From the NCBI GenBank assembly GCA_037139515.1, contig JBAXGH010000005.1, positions 1-62,597 on the forward strand: a stretch of DNA of 62,597 bases, read 5' to 3'. The translations under genes and the position numbers were made by a program. Positions 28,210 through 38,531 of this stretch are shown here, piece after piece. Under the pieces are notes generated by a model. The model had not been told where the DNA came from. It ran no database searches and saw only the letters and a program-made list of their open reading frames with translations. The stretch comes from a bacterium. GTDB taxonomy: Bacteria > Patescibacteriota > Patescibacteriia > JBAXGH01. Each line of letters starts with the position of its first letter. The first letter of the stretch is position 1.

Positions 28210-29778
28210 ATGCTATCTCCACAAGCTGATCTTCTTCTTCACGCAATCCGTCAGGATGAAGACGTTAAGAGCTCCGGCGAGGCCCCATTCATTCATGTTT
28301 CCGATGCTATTTCGACTGCGACTTCGATTTACGAGAAAGCTCGTAATTTTATTGATTTTAAGGCCGAACACCTGTTGCGTAAGTCGGCTATCGACCGAAT
28401 TTTGACTCGTCGTATTAAGTTTTTGGGTCAGCGCGAGAATCTCGGTAATGACATAACCCGTGAGCTGATTCGTTTGCGCTATCTGCCAAATGATGGCGTT
28501 CCCGAAGTGATGCTGGCTCGCGTCAACACGGTGGTTTTGAAATATCTCGCGGTTATCGATTTGCTTGGTGGTGATTTTAATGACCGGACTGAATGGCTTT
28601 TGAAGATGTGCGCCGTAGAATTGGAAGAACTTTTTGAACCGAACTTTGTTGAGCATGCGCTAGTTCAGACGCTTTACGAAAAAGTTCGTCCACATATTGA
28701 TACTCCCGGAATTCCGGAAGTTACGCGTGATTTTCAAATTTATATTGCCTCATACAAGTCGCTCACGAAGTCCGACGCCGCCATGACCGAGTATCATCTT
28801 TTGCGTATTTACGTGCCGGAATGGATTGCGGGTGAAGTCGTGGTTGATAAGTCCATGGCGGAGACTTTGCTTCGGGCGCGCGATGCGATTATCGAGCAGC
28901 TCACTTATCCTTTGCAGAAGCGATTACTTAATCAAGTTAAAAAAGTCGTGGCGCCGTTTTTGCTTTTGCATGATTTGATTAAGGAGCAGGGAACGTCGCT
29001 CGAGCATCTCGTTCATAATCGGAGAGATTTTGATGAGGCGATCTCTAGTCTTATATCGCGTAAATACAAACAGAATGCTGACCGTTTGTGGCGACGCGGT
29101 GTGCGTGCTTTGATTTATGTTTTCCTCACGAAGATGGTTGTTGGTTTGATGCTTGAGCTTCCGTACGATTTTTTCATCATGAAACAAATCTCGTATTTGC
29201 CGCTCGCTGCGAATTTGCTATTCCCGCCGTTCCTGCTTTTCATAATTCTGGTTTCGTTGCAGATGCCTGGAAAATCGAACACGAAAGTTCTTTCGATGGC
29301 TATGCGCGAAATCGTTTATGAAGATGAACCGAAGGCCGTTTTCAGTGGAGTAAAAAAACTTTCGATACGAAAAAAACAGGGTTTCGCTTTTTGGTTGTAT
29401 ACGACGTTCTACGTGGTTCTCTGGATATTCTCATTTGGCGCTTTGGCCGGATTCCTAACCAAGACTCTGCATTTTAACGGTGTTAGTACGACTCTCTTTC
29501 TGCTTTTCACCTCAATCATCAGTTTCTTCGGAGTTTCGCTTCGTCAGAATGCGAAAGAACTGATTATTGTTTCCGGAAAGGAAGGCTTGATTACCACGGT
29601 TTTCAACGCGCTGACTTTGCCGATCCTGACTTTGGGTCGTTGGATTTCTGAAAACATCAATCGCGTTAACGTGTTTCTGTTTATATTAGATATTCTGATC
29701 GAAGCGCCGTTCCAGTTTATTATGGAGGCGCTTGAATCTTGGTTCGACTTCCTGCGAGAGAAAAAAGAAGAGATGTAA
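28210..29778 (+). CDS. hypothetical polytopic membrane protein
   Basis: 522 aa with several C-terminal TM segments. Confidence 0.6.
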   Translation: MLSPQADLLLHAIRQDEDVKSSGEAPFIHVSDAISTATSIYEKARNFIDFKAEHLLRKSAIDRILTRRIKFLGQRENLGNDITRELIRLRYLPNDGVPEVMLARVNTVVLKYLAVIDLLGGDFNDRTEWLLKMCAVELEELFEPNFVEHALVQTLYEKVRPHIDTPGIPEVTRDFQIYIASYKSLTKSDAAMTEYHLLRIYVPEWIAGEVVVDKSMAETLLRARDAIIEQLTYPLQKRLLNQVKKVVAPFLLLHDLIKEQGTSLEHLVHNRRDFDEAISSLISRKYKQNADRLWRRGVRALIYVFLTKMVVGLMLELPYDFFIMKQISYLPLAANLLFPPFLLFIILVSLQMPGKSNTKVLSMAMREIVYEDEPKAVFSGVKKLSIRKKQGFAFWLYTTFYVVLWIFSFGALAGFLTKTLHFNGVSTTLFLLFTSIISFFGVSLRQNAKELIIVSGKEGLITTVFNALTLPILTLGRWISENINRVNVFLFILDILIEAPFQFIMEALESWFDFLREKKEEM

Positions 29779-29782
29779 AATT

Positions 29783-30511
29783 ATGAGCGAAGTTATTCGT
29801 TATGAAGATTATCTTCGGGAATTAAAGTCGGCCTGCAAAAAATCTAATTATTCGTTTTCTGTTATCGATTCCGTTGGCGGGTCAAGAAAGATCCCTTTTG
29901 TCATGGTCAGGAGCAAGAAATGGTCGGTGAGTAAAAAGACGGTCTGCTTCTCGGCTGGCATTCACGGGAATGAAATCGCGGCTTCGTACGCGGTTTTGCG
30001 GGCGATTGAAAAGGATGTTTTTGGTAAGTTCAAGGATATTCAGGTTTTGATTTTTCCGGTCGCGAATCCAACCGGTTTTGGGATTGGGCGTGAAAATTTC
30101 GAGAATTATAATCTGAATCGACATTTCGGATCGAAGCGCGGACGTTTGGAAAATCTTTTGATTGAAGCGACGATTCTAAAGGCGAGACCTTTTTTCATAC
30201 ATACCATGCACGAGGATGCGGATGAGAAGAAATTTTATCTTTATGGATTCGATAAGAATCGCGATAAGATCTATCGAAAAATACTAAATATTTTTGCCCG
30301 AAAATATCCGATTTTAAAAGCCCGAAAGATCTACGACGAAAAAGCCGATCGCGGGATTATTTACGATGCTCATGACGGTTCGCTCGAAAGCTGGGCGCAT
30401 AAAAATGGAGCCGGTTTATCGATGTGTTCGGAAGTCCCAGGGAGACTTTCTTGGGACGAGAGGGTTTTGTTTCACGTGAGGGTTATGGAAGAAGTTCTGA
30501 AATCTTGCTAA
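29783..30511 (+). CDS. M14-like zinc carboxypeptidase / succinylglutamate desuccinylase-family protein
   Basis: SAGIHGNEIA zinc motif. ATG 29783 avoids overlap with the upstream gene. Confidence 0.6.
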   Translation: MSEVIRYEDYLRELKSACKKSNYSFSVIDSVGGSRKIPFVMVRSKKWSVSKKTVCFSAGIHGNEIAASYAVLRAIEKDVFGKFKDIQVLIFPVANPTGFGIGRENFENYNLNRHFGSKRGRLENLLIEATILKARPFFIHTMHEDADEKKFYLYGFDKNRDKIYRKILNIFARKYPILKARKIYDEKADRGIIYDAHDGSLESWAHKNGAGLSMCSEVPGRLSWDERVLFHVRVMEEVLKSC

Positions 30512-30523
30512 GGTTCTGTTCCT

Positions 30524-32596
30524 ATGGATTTCAAGCTAGTTGCGCCATATAAACCGGCGGGCGATCAGCCGAAAGCTATCGAAAAGCTGACCGAAGGAAT
30601 CGAACGAGGCCTGCATGAGCAGACTTTGCTTGGCGTTACGGGTTCGGGAAAAACTTACACCATCGCGAACGTTATCAAGAATATCGGAAAACCGACGCTT
30701 GTGATTGCGCATAATAAAACTTTGGCGGCGCAGTTGTGTAACGAGTTTCGCGAATTTTTCCCGGAAAATGCCGTCGAATATTTCGTTTCTTACTACGATT
30801 ATTATCAGCCGGAAGCTTATATCGCGCGTTCCGATACGTTTATCGAAAAAGAGGCGATGATTAACGAAGAAATCGATCGCCTGCGTCATGCGGCAACAGC
30901 AGCGGCTTTAACGCGCAAAGATTGTATTATCGTAGCTTCGGTTTCGTGTATTTACGGTTTAGGCGCACCGGAAGAATATCGTGCTTCGCTTATGCACTTG
31001 GCTCGCGGGCAGGTGATTGTCCGTGGTGATTTGATGCGAAAACTGCTCGCCATGCAATTTAAGCGTCGAACCGGTACAGATTTGGTGCGTGGTTCTTTCC
31101 GCGTGCGCGGCGATGTTTTGGAGCTCGTTCCGATGGATGAAGAAACCGTTTATCGAATTACACTCGAAGAACAAACAATCAAAGAAATTTTGCAGATTGA
31201 TCCAGTCACGCGAAAGACGATCAAAGATCGCTCAGATGTTTATTTTTATCCAGCTAAGCACTTCATCACCGCGCCTGCTGATCGCGAGCGCGCCATCAAA
31301 GCAATTCTCGCGGAAAAGGCTGAGCGCGTGAAACACTTTGAGAAAAAGGGCATGACTTTGGAAGCCGAGCGCTTGGAACGTCGCACGAATGAAGACGTAG
31401 CCATGATTCGCGAAACCGGTTTTTGCGGTGGCATCGAAAACTATTCTCGACACTTGTCTGGTCGCGGTCCCGGGGAGGCGCCGGATACTTTGATTTCGTA
31501 TTTCCCGAAGGGTGAGTTTTTGACGGTGATTGATGAATCGCACGTCACGATTCCGCAAATCGGGGGCATGTTCAATGGTGACCAATCACGCAAAAAGACC
31601 TTGATTGATTATGGATTCCGATTGCCATCGGCCGCCGATAATCGACCGCTCAAATACGACGAATTCATGAAACGCGTCGGGCAGTTGATTTACGTTTCGG
31701 CGACTCCCGGGGACCCTGAACTTCAAAATTCAGCTCAAGTTGTGGAGCAAATCGTGCGTCCGACTGGTCTAGTTGATCCGGAGATTTTGATTTTGCCTAT
31801 CACGGGCGATGAAAAGAAAGGTATTAAAACCCAGGTTGAAGACCTGATGGCGCGTGCTCGTGAGCGGGTCGCGATGGGCGATCGTGTTTTGGTCACCACT
31901 CTCACGAAGAAAATGGCCGAGGATTTGAGCGAATATCTGGCTGAGCAAAAAATCAGGGTAAAATATTTGCATTCTGATATCGACACGCTTGAGCGCATTG
32001 AAATCATCAGCGCCCTGCGTCGCGGTGAATATGACGTTTTGGTTGGTGTGAACTTGCTTCGTGAAGGTTTAGATTTGCCGGAAGTTTCACTCGTCGCAAT
32101 TCTTGACGCTGATAAAGAAGGTTTTCTGCGTTCCGAAACATCGCTCATTCAAACAATCGGTCGCGCCGCCCGCAATGTACGCGGTCAGGTGGTTTTGTAT
32201 GCCGATAATATGACCGGTTCGATGAAGCGTGCTTTGAGCGAAACCGATCGTCGTCGCAAAGTTCAGCTTGAATATAATCGGGTCAATAATATTACGCCGC
32301 GCTCAATCGAGAAAAAGATTCACGATATTTCGAGCATGCTCCGCAGCGAAAAAGATGCCAAGGCTAACTTGAAGTTAGAAATGAAAGCCGAGACTCACGA
32401 TTTAGAAAAGGTTATCGCGCACAAAGAAAAAGAAATGAAATCAGCTGCCAAAGCTCTGGAATTCGAACTCGCCGGGTTATTGCGCGATGAAATCGCCATG
32501 CTCGCGGCGGAGATGCGCAAACGGGAACATGCGCCTGTGCCGCGACCGAAAAAGCCATTCGAGTCAAAAAACCCTTTTTTGAAGAAAAGACGATAA
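30524..32596 (+). CDS. uvrB: excinuclease ABC subunit B
   Basis: GVTGSGKT, VIDESHVT, and a C-terminal UVR motif (ELAGLLRDEI). Confidence 0.95.
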   Translation: MDFKLVAPYKPAGDQPKAIEKLTEGIERGLHEQTLLGVTGSGKTYTIANVIKNIGKPTLVIAHNKTLAAQLCNEFREFFPENAVEYFVSYYDYYQPEAYIARSDTFIEKEAMINEEIDRLRHAATAAALTRKDCIIVASVSCIYGLGAPEEYRASLMHLARGQVIVRGDLMRKLLAMQFKRRTGTDLVRGSFRVRGDVLELVPMDEETVYRITLEEQTIKEILQIDPVTRKTIKDRSDVYFYPAKHFITAPADRERAIKAILAEKAERVKHFEKKGMTLEAERLERRTNEDVAMIRETGFCGGIENYSRHLSGRGPGEAPDTLISYFPKGEFLTVIDESHVTIPQIGGMFNGDQSRKKTLIDYGFRLPSAADNRPLKYDEFMKRVGQLIYVSATPGDPELQNSAQVVEQIVRPTGLVDPEILILPITGDEKKGIKTQVEDLMARARERVAMGDRVLVTTLTKKMAEDLSEYLAEQKIRVKYLHSDIDTLERIEIISALRRGEYDVLVGVNLLREGLDLPEVSLVAILDADKEGFLRSETSLIQTIGRAARNVRGQVVLYADNMTGSMKRALSETDRRRKVQLEYNRVNNITPRSIEKKIHDISSMLRSEKDAKANLKLEMKAETHDLEKVIAHKEKEMKSAAKALEFELAGLLRDEIAMLAAEMRKREHAPVPRPKKPFESKNPFLKKRR

Positions 32597-32598
32597 CA

Positions 32599-32676
32599 CG
32601 AGCGCGGTATGCCGAGCTTCGCCGGCGGGCAAGAGGGGAGCGCATTGCCCGGCGGCGAACTCGGCATAATCGCTCG
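32599..32676 (+). repeat. R4 77-nt hairpin element
   Basis: CGAGCGCGGTATGCCGAGCTTCGCCGGCGGGCAA...TTGCCCGGCGGCGAACTCGGCATAATCGCTCG, starting 3 nt after the uvrB stop. Confidence 0.8.
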
Positions 32677-32689
32677 TTTCGAGCCGTTC

Positions 32690-32757
32690 GTCATTCCCGC
32701 GAAGGCGGGAATCCATTTTCTCCTCATGTTGTCATCCCGAAGCCGAGGGATCTTGAA
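32690..32757 (+). repeat. R1-related unit plus a full R1 unit
   Basis: GTCATTCCCGCGAAGGCGGGAATCC (32690-32714) and GTCATCCCGAAGCCGAGGGATCTTGAA (32731-32757), ending 3 nt before the rarA ATG. Confidence 0.85.
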
Positions 32758-32759
32758 TT

Positions 32760-33971
32760 ATGCAGTCTCTGTTTTCAAATAATGTGAATTTCATGCCGCT
32801 TGCTGACCGCATGCGGCCTTTAAACTTGGCCGAATATGTCGGACAGGAGCATCTTTTAGGAGAAGGAAAGATTCTGAAGCTCGCAATTGAGCAGAAACAA
32901 ATTCCCTCGATGATTCTTTGGGGGCCGCCGGGGAGCGGGAAAACCACGCTCGCGCGAATTCTTGCGGAGGCGAGTGGCGCCGAGTTTTTGCAGATGAGCG
33001 CTGTGACCGGCGGCATCAAAGAAATCCGTGACACGGTGAAGCTTGCCGAGGCGTCGCGTGATTTGGGTAAGCGCACGATTTTGTTTATCGATGAAATTCA
33101 TCGATTCAATAAATCTCAACAGGATGCTTTTTTGCCGTACGTAGAAAACGGCACTTTCATTTTAATCGGCGCGACCACGGAAAATCCATCCTTCGAGGTG
33201 AATAGCGCTTTACTTTCGCGTGCCAAGGTTTTTGTTTTGAACGCGCTTTCTGTTGAAACTATCGAAACCGTGATTCGGCGCGCACTGCTTGATAAAGAAC
33301 GCGGGCTTGGCGCACGAAAGCTCAAGATCAACGACGAAGCGATATCGTTTCTCGCGAACATGTCGAACGGTGATGCCCGGGTCGCTTTGAATGCGCTCGA
33401 ACTCGCGGCGACGACGGGCGTGAGCATCAAAGACGCGCTTCAAAAAACTCATCTTTTGTACGATAAAGGCGGGGAGGAGCATTACAATATAATTTCGGCG
33501 TTACATAAGTCGATGCGCGGGAACGATGCTGACGCGGCCTTGTATTGGTTGGGAAGAATGCTTGAAGGCGGCGAAGATCCGCTTTATATCGCGCGGCGTC
33601 TGATTCGATTTGCTTCCGAAGATATCGGCCTGGCAGATCCGCAGGCGTTGGTTCAAGCCGTCGCCGCTTATCAAGCTTCACATATGCTTGGGATGCCGGA
33701 GTGTAATGTGAATTTGGCACAGTGCGTTGCGTACATGGCGCGCGCTCCGAAAAGCAATGCGCTTTACATGGCTTATGGTGCGGTGAAAGCTGACATTGAC
33801 GAGATGCCGAATGAAGGCGTGCCGCTTCACTTGCGCAATGCACCTACGAAGCTCATGAAAAACCTGGATTACGGAAAAGGTTATAAGTACACTCCGGAAT
33901 TCAAGAACGCCGAGGAAGCGAAGCAGGATTATTTGCCAAAATCACTGAAAGGCAAGAAATATCTCAAATAG
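32760..33971 (+). CDS. rarA: replication-associated recombination protein A
   Basis: LWGPPGSGKTTLARILA and FIDEIHRFNK. Confidence 0.95.
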   Translation: MQSLFSNNVNFMPLADRMRPLNLAEYVGQEHLLGEGKILKLAIEQKQIPSMILWGPPGSGKTTLARILAEASGAEFLQMSAVTGGIKEIRDTVKLAEASRDLGKRTILFIDEIHRFNKSQQDAFLPYVENGTFILIGATTENPSFEVNSALLSRAKVFVLNALSVETIETVIRRALLDKERGLGARKLKINDEAISFLANMSNGDARVALNALELAATTGVSIKDALQKTHLLYDKGGEEHYNIISALHKSMRGNDADAALYWLGRMLEGGEDPLYIARRLIRFASEDIGLADPQALVQAVAAYQASHMLGMPECNVNLAQCVAYMARAPKSNALYMAYGAVKADIDEMPNEGVPLHLRNAPTKLMKNLDYGKGYKYTPEFKNAEEAKQDYLPKSLKGKKYLK

Positions 33972-34054
33972 AGTCGGGCATTGCCAAGTGCCTGATTTTT
34001 TGATAAGAAATAGATGCGCTATGTATCACAACCCCGGCGCTTTCGAGGTAGGCC

Positions 34055-35104
34055 TTGCTGATTGCAATCATTAGCCAGTTCGAAAATGCTTTGCAGTTGC
34101 TTGAAAGACTGTTTCATCACCAGTACGCGAGAGGAGGCGACTACAAGTTCGAATGGATGTCGCAGAGCCTGCGCGGACTACTCATGAACGGAGCGGAGCC
34201 TGATTGGATTCGCGCACAGTACATGCTTCACAGGGACGAGCTTTTTCATGAAGGCAGGAGAGTCTATGGCGCGACCAGGTTTCTGCCATATGAACTCGCA
34301 CGGTTCGTTCGCGAGAAGCGCGCTTATCGGCTGACTCAGGATGAGCTCGCGGGACTTTCGGGAATTACGGTACCGTTTCAAAACGTTCGTTTTCCGCACA
34401 GCTGTTTTGCGATCGAGCTTGCCGAGCCGCTCATGGACAAGGTTGGAAACCCGTTCAGCACCGTGATTGTCACGGTTGAAGGATCGGGGGAGAACCAGAG
34501 TGTCACACTGACAGTCTTTTCTGATTGGCTCTTCCAGATCGGTACAAGACCAATTGAACAGCTGAACCCGAACGAGTTGGTTCGCTCGATTGAAGTCAGT
34601 GCTGGCGTCATGAAGTCCGAACCGGAGGAACTAAACGAGCAGCTCGAGTTTATGTTCTCGAAGTGGCCAACGCTTCGTGAGCATGCCGCGGATTTCTGGT
34701 TCGCCTGGATCTCGATCGTTTCGCACCTTTCGAATCGGCTCGCCGAAGCGGCGCCCGGACCGGTTTTCAGGAATTCGCTTCCCGTTGGGCCGGTTTTGCC
34801 ACCGCTGCCGCCGTACGCGGTGACGCAACCGCAAACGCCATTCGATGTGAAAGAGATGAATCTTCAGGCGCCACCAGTCCAGAATCAGCCACCACAGCCA
34901 GTTCCAGGTGCGACGGCGGTAGTGACGCGTCGCCAGGGGCGTGAGCAAAATCCAACGGCGCGCAGCGGTTATGATCGTACTTACCCGGGCCAGAAAGGGG
35001 TTCCGAACGCGCCGAAGTTTCATGTGAACGGCTACACCACACGCCACGACCTTCAGGCGCTCGGTGTCCCGGTCATGGGCAAGCGCACCAAAGTCGGGAA
35101 ATAG
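34055..35104 (+). CDS. hypothetical protein with a Pro/Gln-rich C-terminal half (GC-richer)
   Basis: 349-aa ORF with a TTG start; an alternative ATG lies at 34157. Confidence 0.5.
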   Translation: MLIAIISQFENALQLLERLFHHQYARGGDYKFEWMSQSLRGLLMNGAEPDWIRAQYMLHRDELFHEGRRVYGATRFLPYELARFVREKRAYRLTQDELAGLSGITVPFQNVRFPHSCFAIELAEPLMDKVGNPFSTVIVTVEGSGENQSVTLTVFSDWLFQIGTRPIEQLNPNELVRSIEVSAGVMKSEPEELNEQLEFMFSKWPTLREHAADFWFAWISIVSHLSNRLAEAAPGPVFRNSLPVGPVLPPLPPYAVTQPQTPFDVKEMNLQAPPVQNQPPQPVPGATAVVTRRQGREQNPTARSGYDRTYPGQKGVPNAPKFHVNGYTTRHDLQALGVPVMGKRTKVGK

Positions 35105-35111
35105 TCGGGCC

Positions 35112-35137
35112 GCGTCTCTCGCAAGAGAGCGCTTTTT
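35112..35137 (+). terminator. rho-independent terminator
   Basis: GCGtCTCTC-gcaa-GAGAGCGC followed by TTTTT. Confidence 0.65.
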
Positions 35138-35143
35138 AATTTC

Positions 35144-35178
35144 AAAAAAATCCCGACTCGCTTTCGGCGGTGTCGGGG
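35144..35178 (-). terminator. rho-independent terminator of hpt
   Basis: Minus strand reads CCCGACaccgccgaaagcgaGTCGGG followed by ATTTTTTT. Confidence 0.65.
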
Positions 35179-35196
35179 AGCGGTCGGGAAGCGATA

Positions 35197-35733
35197 CTAC
35201 TGAATGATGCGAACGACGTTCGGGTTGTTGCGTTCAGCGCCCTTGTCATCAAGTCCGAAGCCCACGAGGAAATAATCCTTGGGAACTTCCCGGCCGACGA
35301 AGTCGAGAGGAACGTCCTTGTGCTGGTCCTTCTCGGGTTTCGAGAGAAAAGCGCAGATCGCAAGGCTCTTCGGGTTCGAGATGCCGATGTGGCGGTACGC
35401 GGCGTGAAGCGTGTTCTTCGTGTCTGAGACGTCTTCGGTGATGATGACATCGCGCCCAGTCATCGGTTGCGAGGTGTCGAAGACCAGACGCAGTTTGCCG
35501 GCTTCCTGGCCATCGCCATAGGATTCGTAGCACATGAAGTCTATGCGGCAGGTCTTCACGCGTCCATCGCGCCAAATGGCTTGCGACAGGAAGACGATGA
35601 AATACGCTGCGCCTTTCAGAATTCCGACGAGTGTAATGTCTTTCCCGGCGTATTTGTCGCCGATTTCGTGGGCGAGTCTTTGGATGATTCCGGGAATCTC
35701 ACTTTCGTGAATCACGATGGCATAATTTGGCAT
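35197..35733 (-). CDS. hpt: hypoxanthine phosphoribosyltransferase
   Basis: VIITEDVSDTKNTL PRPP loop. The start is at MPNYAIV, preceded by AAGGAG. Confidence 0.8.
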   Translation of the reverse strand: MPNYAIVIHESEIPGIIQRLAHEIGDKYAGKDITLVGILKGAAYFIVFLSQAIWRDGRVKTCRIDFMCYESYGDGQEAGKLRLVFDTSQPMTGRDVIITEDVSDTKNTLHAAYRHIGISNPKSLAICAFLSKPEKDQHKDVPLDFVGREVPKDYFLVGFGLDDKGAERNNPNVVRIIQ

Positions 35734-35827
35734 ACTGAACTCCTTTCGCGGTGCCCTGGTAGTGAAAGGTGCGGGGCTAGAGAATATCATCTCGGACGCC
35801 TTTTGCAAGGCAAAAGGTTTTACTGAG

Positions 35828-35870
35828 TTATCCACAGTTGGTGACTGTCACTAAAGGGACAGTCACTATC
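35828..35870 (+). repeat. left copy of the inverted repeat bracketing uvrA (DnaA-box-like 9-mer plus R2 palindromes)
   Basis: TTATCCACAG-ttg-GTGACTGTCACTAAAGGGACAGTCACTAT. Confidence 0.85.
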
Positions 35871-35935
35871 AAGATAGGTGATTTGTTTTTTGTCATCAAA
35901 ATTGCTATACTCCCGCGATTACCAAATCCGCAAAT

Positions 35936-38464
35936 ATGACCGAATTCATCACAATAAAAGGCGCAAGAGAGCACAATTTGAAGAATGTCAGCTTGAAGCT
36001 CCCGCGCAATAAAATGATCTGTTTTTCGGGGCTTTCCGGCTCCGGCAAGTCTTCGCTCGCTTTTGATACGATTTTTGCTGAAGGTCAGCGCCGTTATGTC
36101 GAATCGCTCTCGGCTTATGCTCGCCAATTCTTGGGTCAGATGCAAAAGCCGGATGTTGATGAAATCGAAGGTCTTTCGCCGGCGATTTCCATCGACCAAA
36201 AAGCTCACAGCGCCAATCCGCGTTCGACGGTCGCGACTATTACCGAAATTTACGACTATCTTCGCGTGCTTTTTGCGCGTGTCGGCGAGCCGCATTGTCC
36301 GCTTTGCGATACCGTGATTCGCAAAATGACGATTGATGAAATGGTGGATCGAGTCGTTCGCGAGAGTGAAAAACAAATCGAAGCCGAAACCAAGAAAAAA
36401 TCGAAGCGAGTTTTGATTTTAGCACCGGTCGTGCGCGGTCGAAAGGGTGAGTATTATCAAATGCTCTATGATTTTTATAATGATGGTTTTGCCAAAGCCC
36501 GTATCGACGGCACGGTAAAATCACTTTCAGAACGTGTCGAGCTTTCAAAATACAAAGCTCACACGATTGAAATCTTGATGGATGAGCTGACTCGCGAAGA
36601 ACTCGGCAAAATCAATAAAGACACACGTCAGCGACTGTCTGAAGCGATGCAGTCGGCGGCCGAACGCGCCGGCGGACTCGTAACGGTGGTTTTTCCGGAC
36701 GGTTCCGAAAAGATGTTTTCAACCAAGTGGTCCTGTCCGAATGATGGTTTTAGTTTTCCAGAAATCGAACCGCGCTTATTTTCTTTCAACTCGCCATACG
36801 GTGCCTGCGAAACCTGTCACGGTTTGGGTACGGAGTCGTTATTTTCGGAAGCTCTGTGTCCAAAGTGTAAGGGCGACCGTTTGAAGCCGGAATCTTTGAG
36901 CGTATATATCGGAGGAAAATCGATTGTTGACATCGTGAGAATGTCGATTGACCACGCCGTTGATTTTTTCCTGACACTCGAACTTGATGAAACGGAAAAA
37001 CAAATCAGCGAAGCGGTCATGAAAGAAATTATCTCGCGTCTGCAATTTATGCTCGACGTTGGTTTGAATTATCTTACGTTAAACCGCGGCGCTGGTACGC
37101 TTTCGGGCGGCGAGGCTCAACGTATCAGACTGGCTTCTCAAATCGGTTCGCGCTTGGTTGGCGCGCTTTACGTGCTTGATGAGCCAACGATTGGCTTACA
37201 TCAGCGTGATAACGATAAACTTATCGCGACGCTTAAAGATCTGCGTGATATCGGAAACACGATTATTGTGGTTGAGCATGACGAAGATACGATTCGCGCC
37301 TGTGATTATTTAGTGGATTTCGGTCCGGCTGCCGGAAAATACGGCGGTGAAATTGTAGCAGCGGGTCCGATGCCGGAAATCTTGAAAGATAAAAAATCGC
37401 TCACGGCGGCGTATTTGCGCGGCGATAAAATTATTGAAATTCCGAAAAATCGCCGGGCACCGCGTGCTGATAAGCTCAAAATCATTGGCGCGACCGAAAA
37501 CAACCTTAAAAATATCAACGTCGAAATCCCGCTCGGCCGCTTCACTTGCATTACCGGCGTTTCCGGTTCCGGCAAGTCGACTTTGATGCACGATATTATT
37601 TATCAGCATCTTGCGCGCCGTTTGAACGGGGAAATGGGCCGTCCGGGAAAGGTCAGACAAGTTTTGGGCGTCGAATATTTGGATCGCGTGATTATGATTG
37701 ACCAGGGTGCAATCGGTCGCACCCCGCGTTCAAATCCGGCGACTTATACCGGCATGTGGTCGCATATTCGAGATTTGTTTGCGACGACCGAAGAGGCTCG
37801 TTATCGCGGGTTTAGCGCCTCACGATTTTCCTTTAACCGCCCCGGCGGACGCTGTGAAAACTGCGAAGGCAACGGTCAGATCGCGATTGAGATGCATTTC
37901 TTGCCTACGGTTTTTGTGACCTGCGATGTTTGTCGCGGACGTCGTTTTGATCGCGAAACTTTGGAAGTTTTGTTCCGCGGAAAAAATATCTTCGAAATTC
38001 TTGAGCTTCCAATCGACGAAGCTCACATATTCTTCAAAGATATTCCGGCGGTTGAAGATCGCTTGAAAGTTTTGAAAGAAGTCGGGCTTGGATATTTGAC
38101 GCTCGGCCAATCGGCGACGACGCTTTCGGGCGGTGAGGCGCAGCGCATCAAGCTCGCAAATGAGTTAGCTAAGCGTCAGTACGGCAAGACCATGTATCTA
38201 TTTGATGAGCCGACAACTGGTTTGCATTTTGAAGATATCCGAAAGTTGCTTGAAGTGATGCAAGAACTCGTGGCGCGCGGCAATACCGTGGTTACAATTG
38301 AACATAATTTGGACGTGATTAAAGTCGCGGATTGGGTGGTTGATTTGGGTCCAGAAGGTGGCGATAAAGGCGGCACGGTAATGGGCGTCGGTACGCCGGA
38401 AGATATCGCGAACGATAAAAAATCGTATACCGGTCAATATTTGAAACGCGCGTTAAAAAAATAG
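35936..38464 (+). CDS. uvrA: excinuclease ABC subunit A (842 aa, shorter than typical)
   Basis: Two ABC modules (GLSGSGKSS, GVSGSGKST, LSGGEAQR twice) and zinc modules. Confidence 0.95.
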   Translation: MTEFITIKGAREHNLKNVSLKLPRNKMICFSGLSGSGKSSLAFDTIFAEGQRRYVESLSAYARQFLGQMQKPDVDEIEGLSPAISIDQKAHSANPRSTVATITEIYDYLRVLFARVGEPHCPLCDTVIRKMTIDEMVDRVVRESEKQIEAETKKKSKRVLILAPVVRGRKGEYYQMLYDFYNDGFAKARIDGTVKSLSERVELSKYKAHTIEILMDELTREELGKINKDTRQRLSEAMQSAAERAGGLVTVVFPDGSEKMFSTKWSCPNDGFSFPEIEPRLFSFNSPYGACETCHGLGTESLFSEALCPKCKGDRLKPESLSVYIGGKSIVDIVRMSIDHAVDFFLTLELDETEKQISEAVMKEIISRLQFMLDVGLNYLTLNRGAGTLSGGEAQRIRLASQIGSRLVGALYVLDEPTIGLHQRDNDKLIATLKDLRDIGNTIIVVEHDEDTIRACDYLVDFGPAAGKYGGEIVAAGPMPEILKDKKSLTAAYLRGDKIIEIPKNRRAPRADKLKIIGATENNLKNINVEIPLGRFTCITGVSGSGKSTLMHDIIYQHLARRLNGEMGRPGKVRQVLGVEYLDRVIMIDQGAIGRTPRSNPATYTGMWSHIRDLFATTEEARYRGFSASRFSFNRPGGRCENCEGNGQIAIEMHFLPTVFVTCDVCRGRRFDRETLEVLFRGKNIFEILELPIDEAHIFFKDIPAVEDRLKVLKEVGLGYLTLGQSATTLSGGEAQRIKLANELAKRQYGKTMYLFDEPTTGLHFEDIRKLLEVMQELVARGNTVVTIEHNLDVIKVADWVVDLGPEGGDKGGTVMGVGTPEDIANDKKSYTGQYLKRALKK

Positions 38465-38501
38465 TGACTGTCCCTTTAGTGACAGTCACTACTGTGGATA
38501 A
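38461..38501 (-). repeat. right copy of the inverted repeat bracketing uvrA
   Basis: Reverse complement reads TTATCCACAG-ta-GTGACTGTCACTAAAGGGACAGTCACTAT. It overlaps the uvrA stop codon. Confidence 0.85.
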
Positions 38502-38531
38502 GTCTGGGTGAATAAAAAAACCCGTGACACG

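Noticed and set aside
35142-35826. Overlapping ORFs 35142-35450 (-), 35170-35427 (+), 35249-35575 (-) and 35467-35826 (+)
   Set aside because: They are alternative frames of the hpt locus. Only 35197-35733 (-) has the PRTase PRPP-binding motif and an SD.
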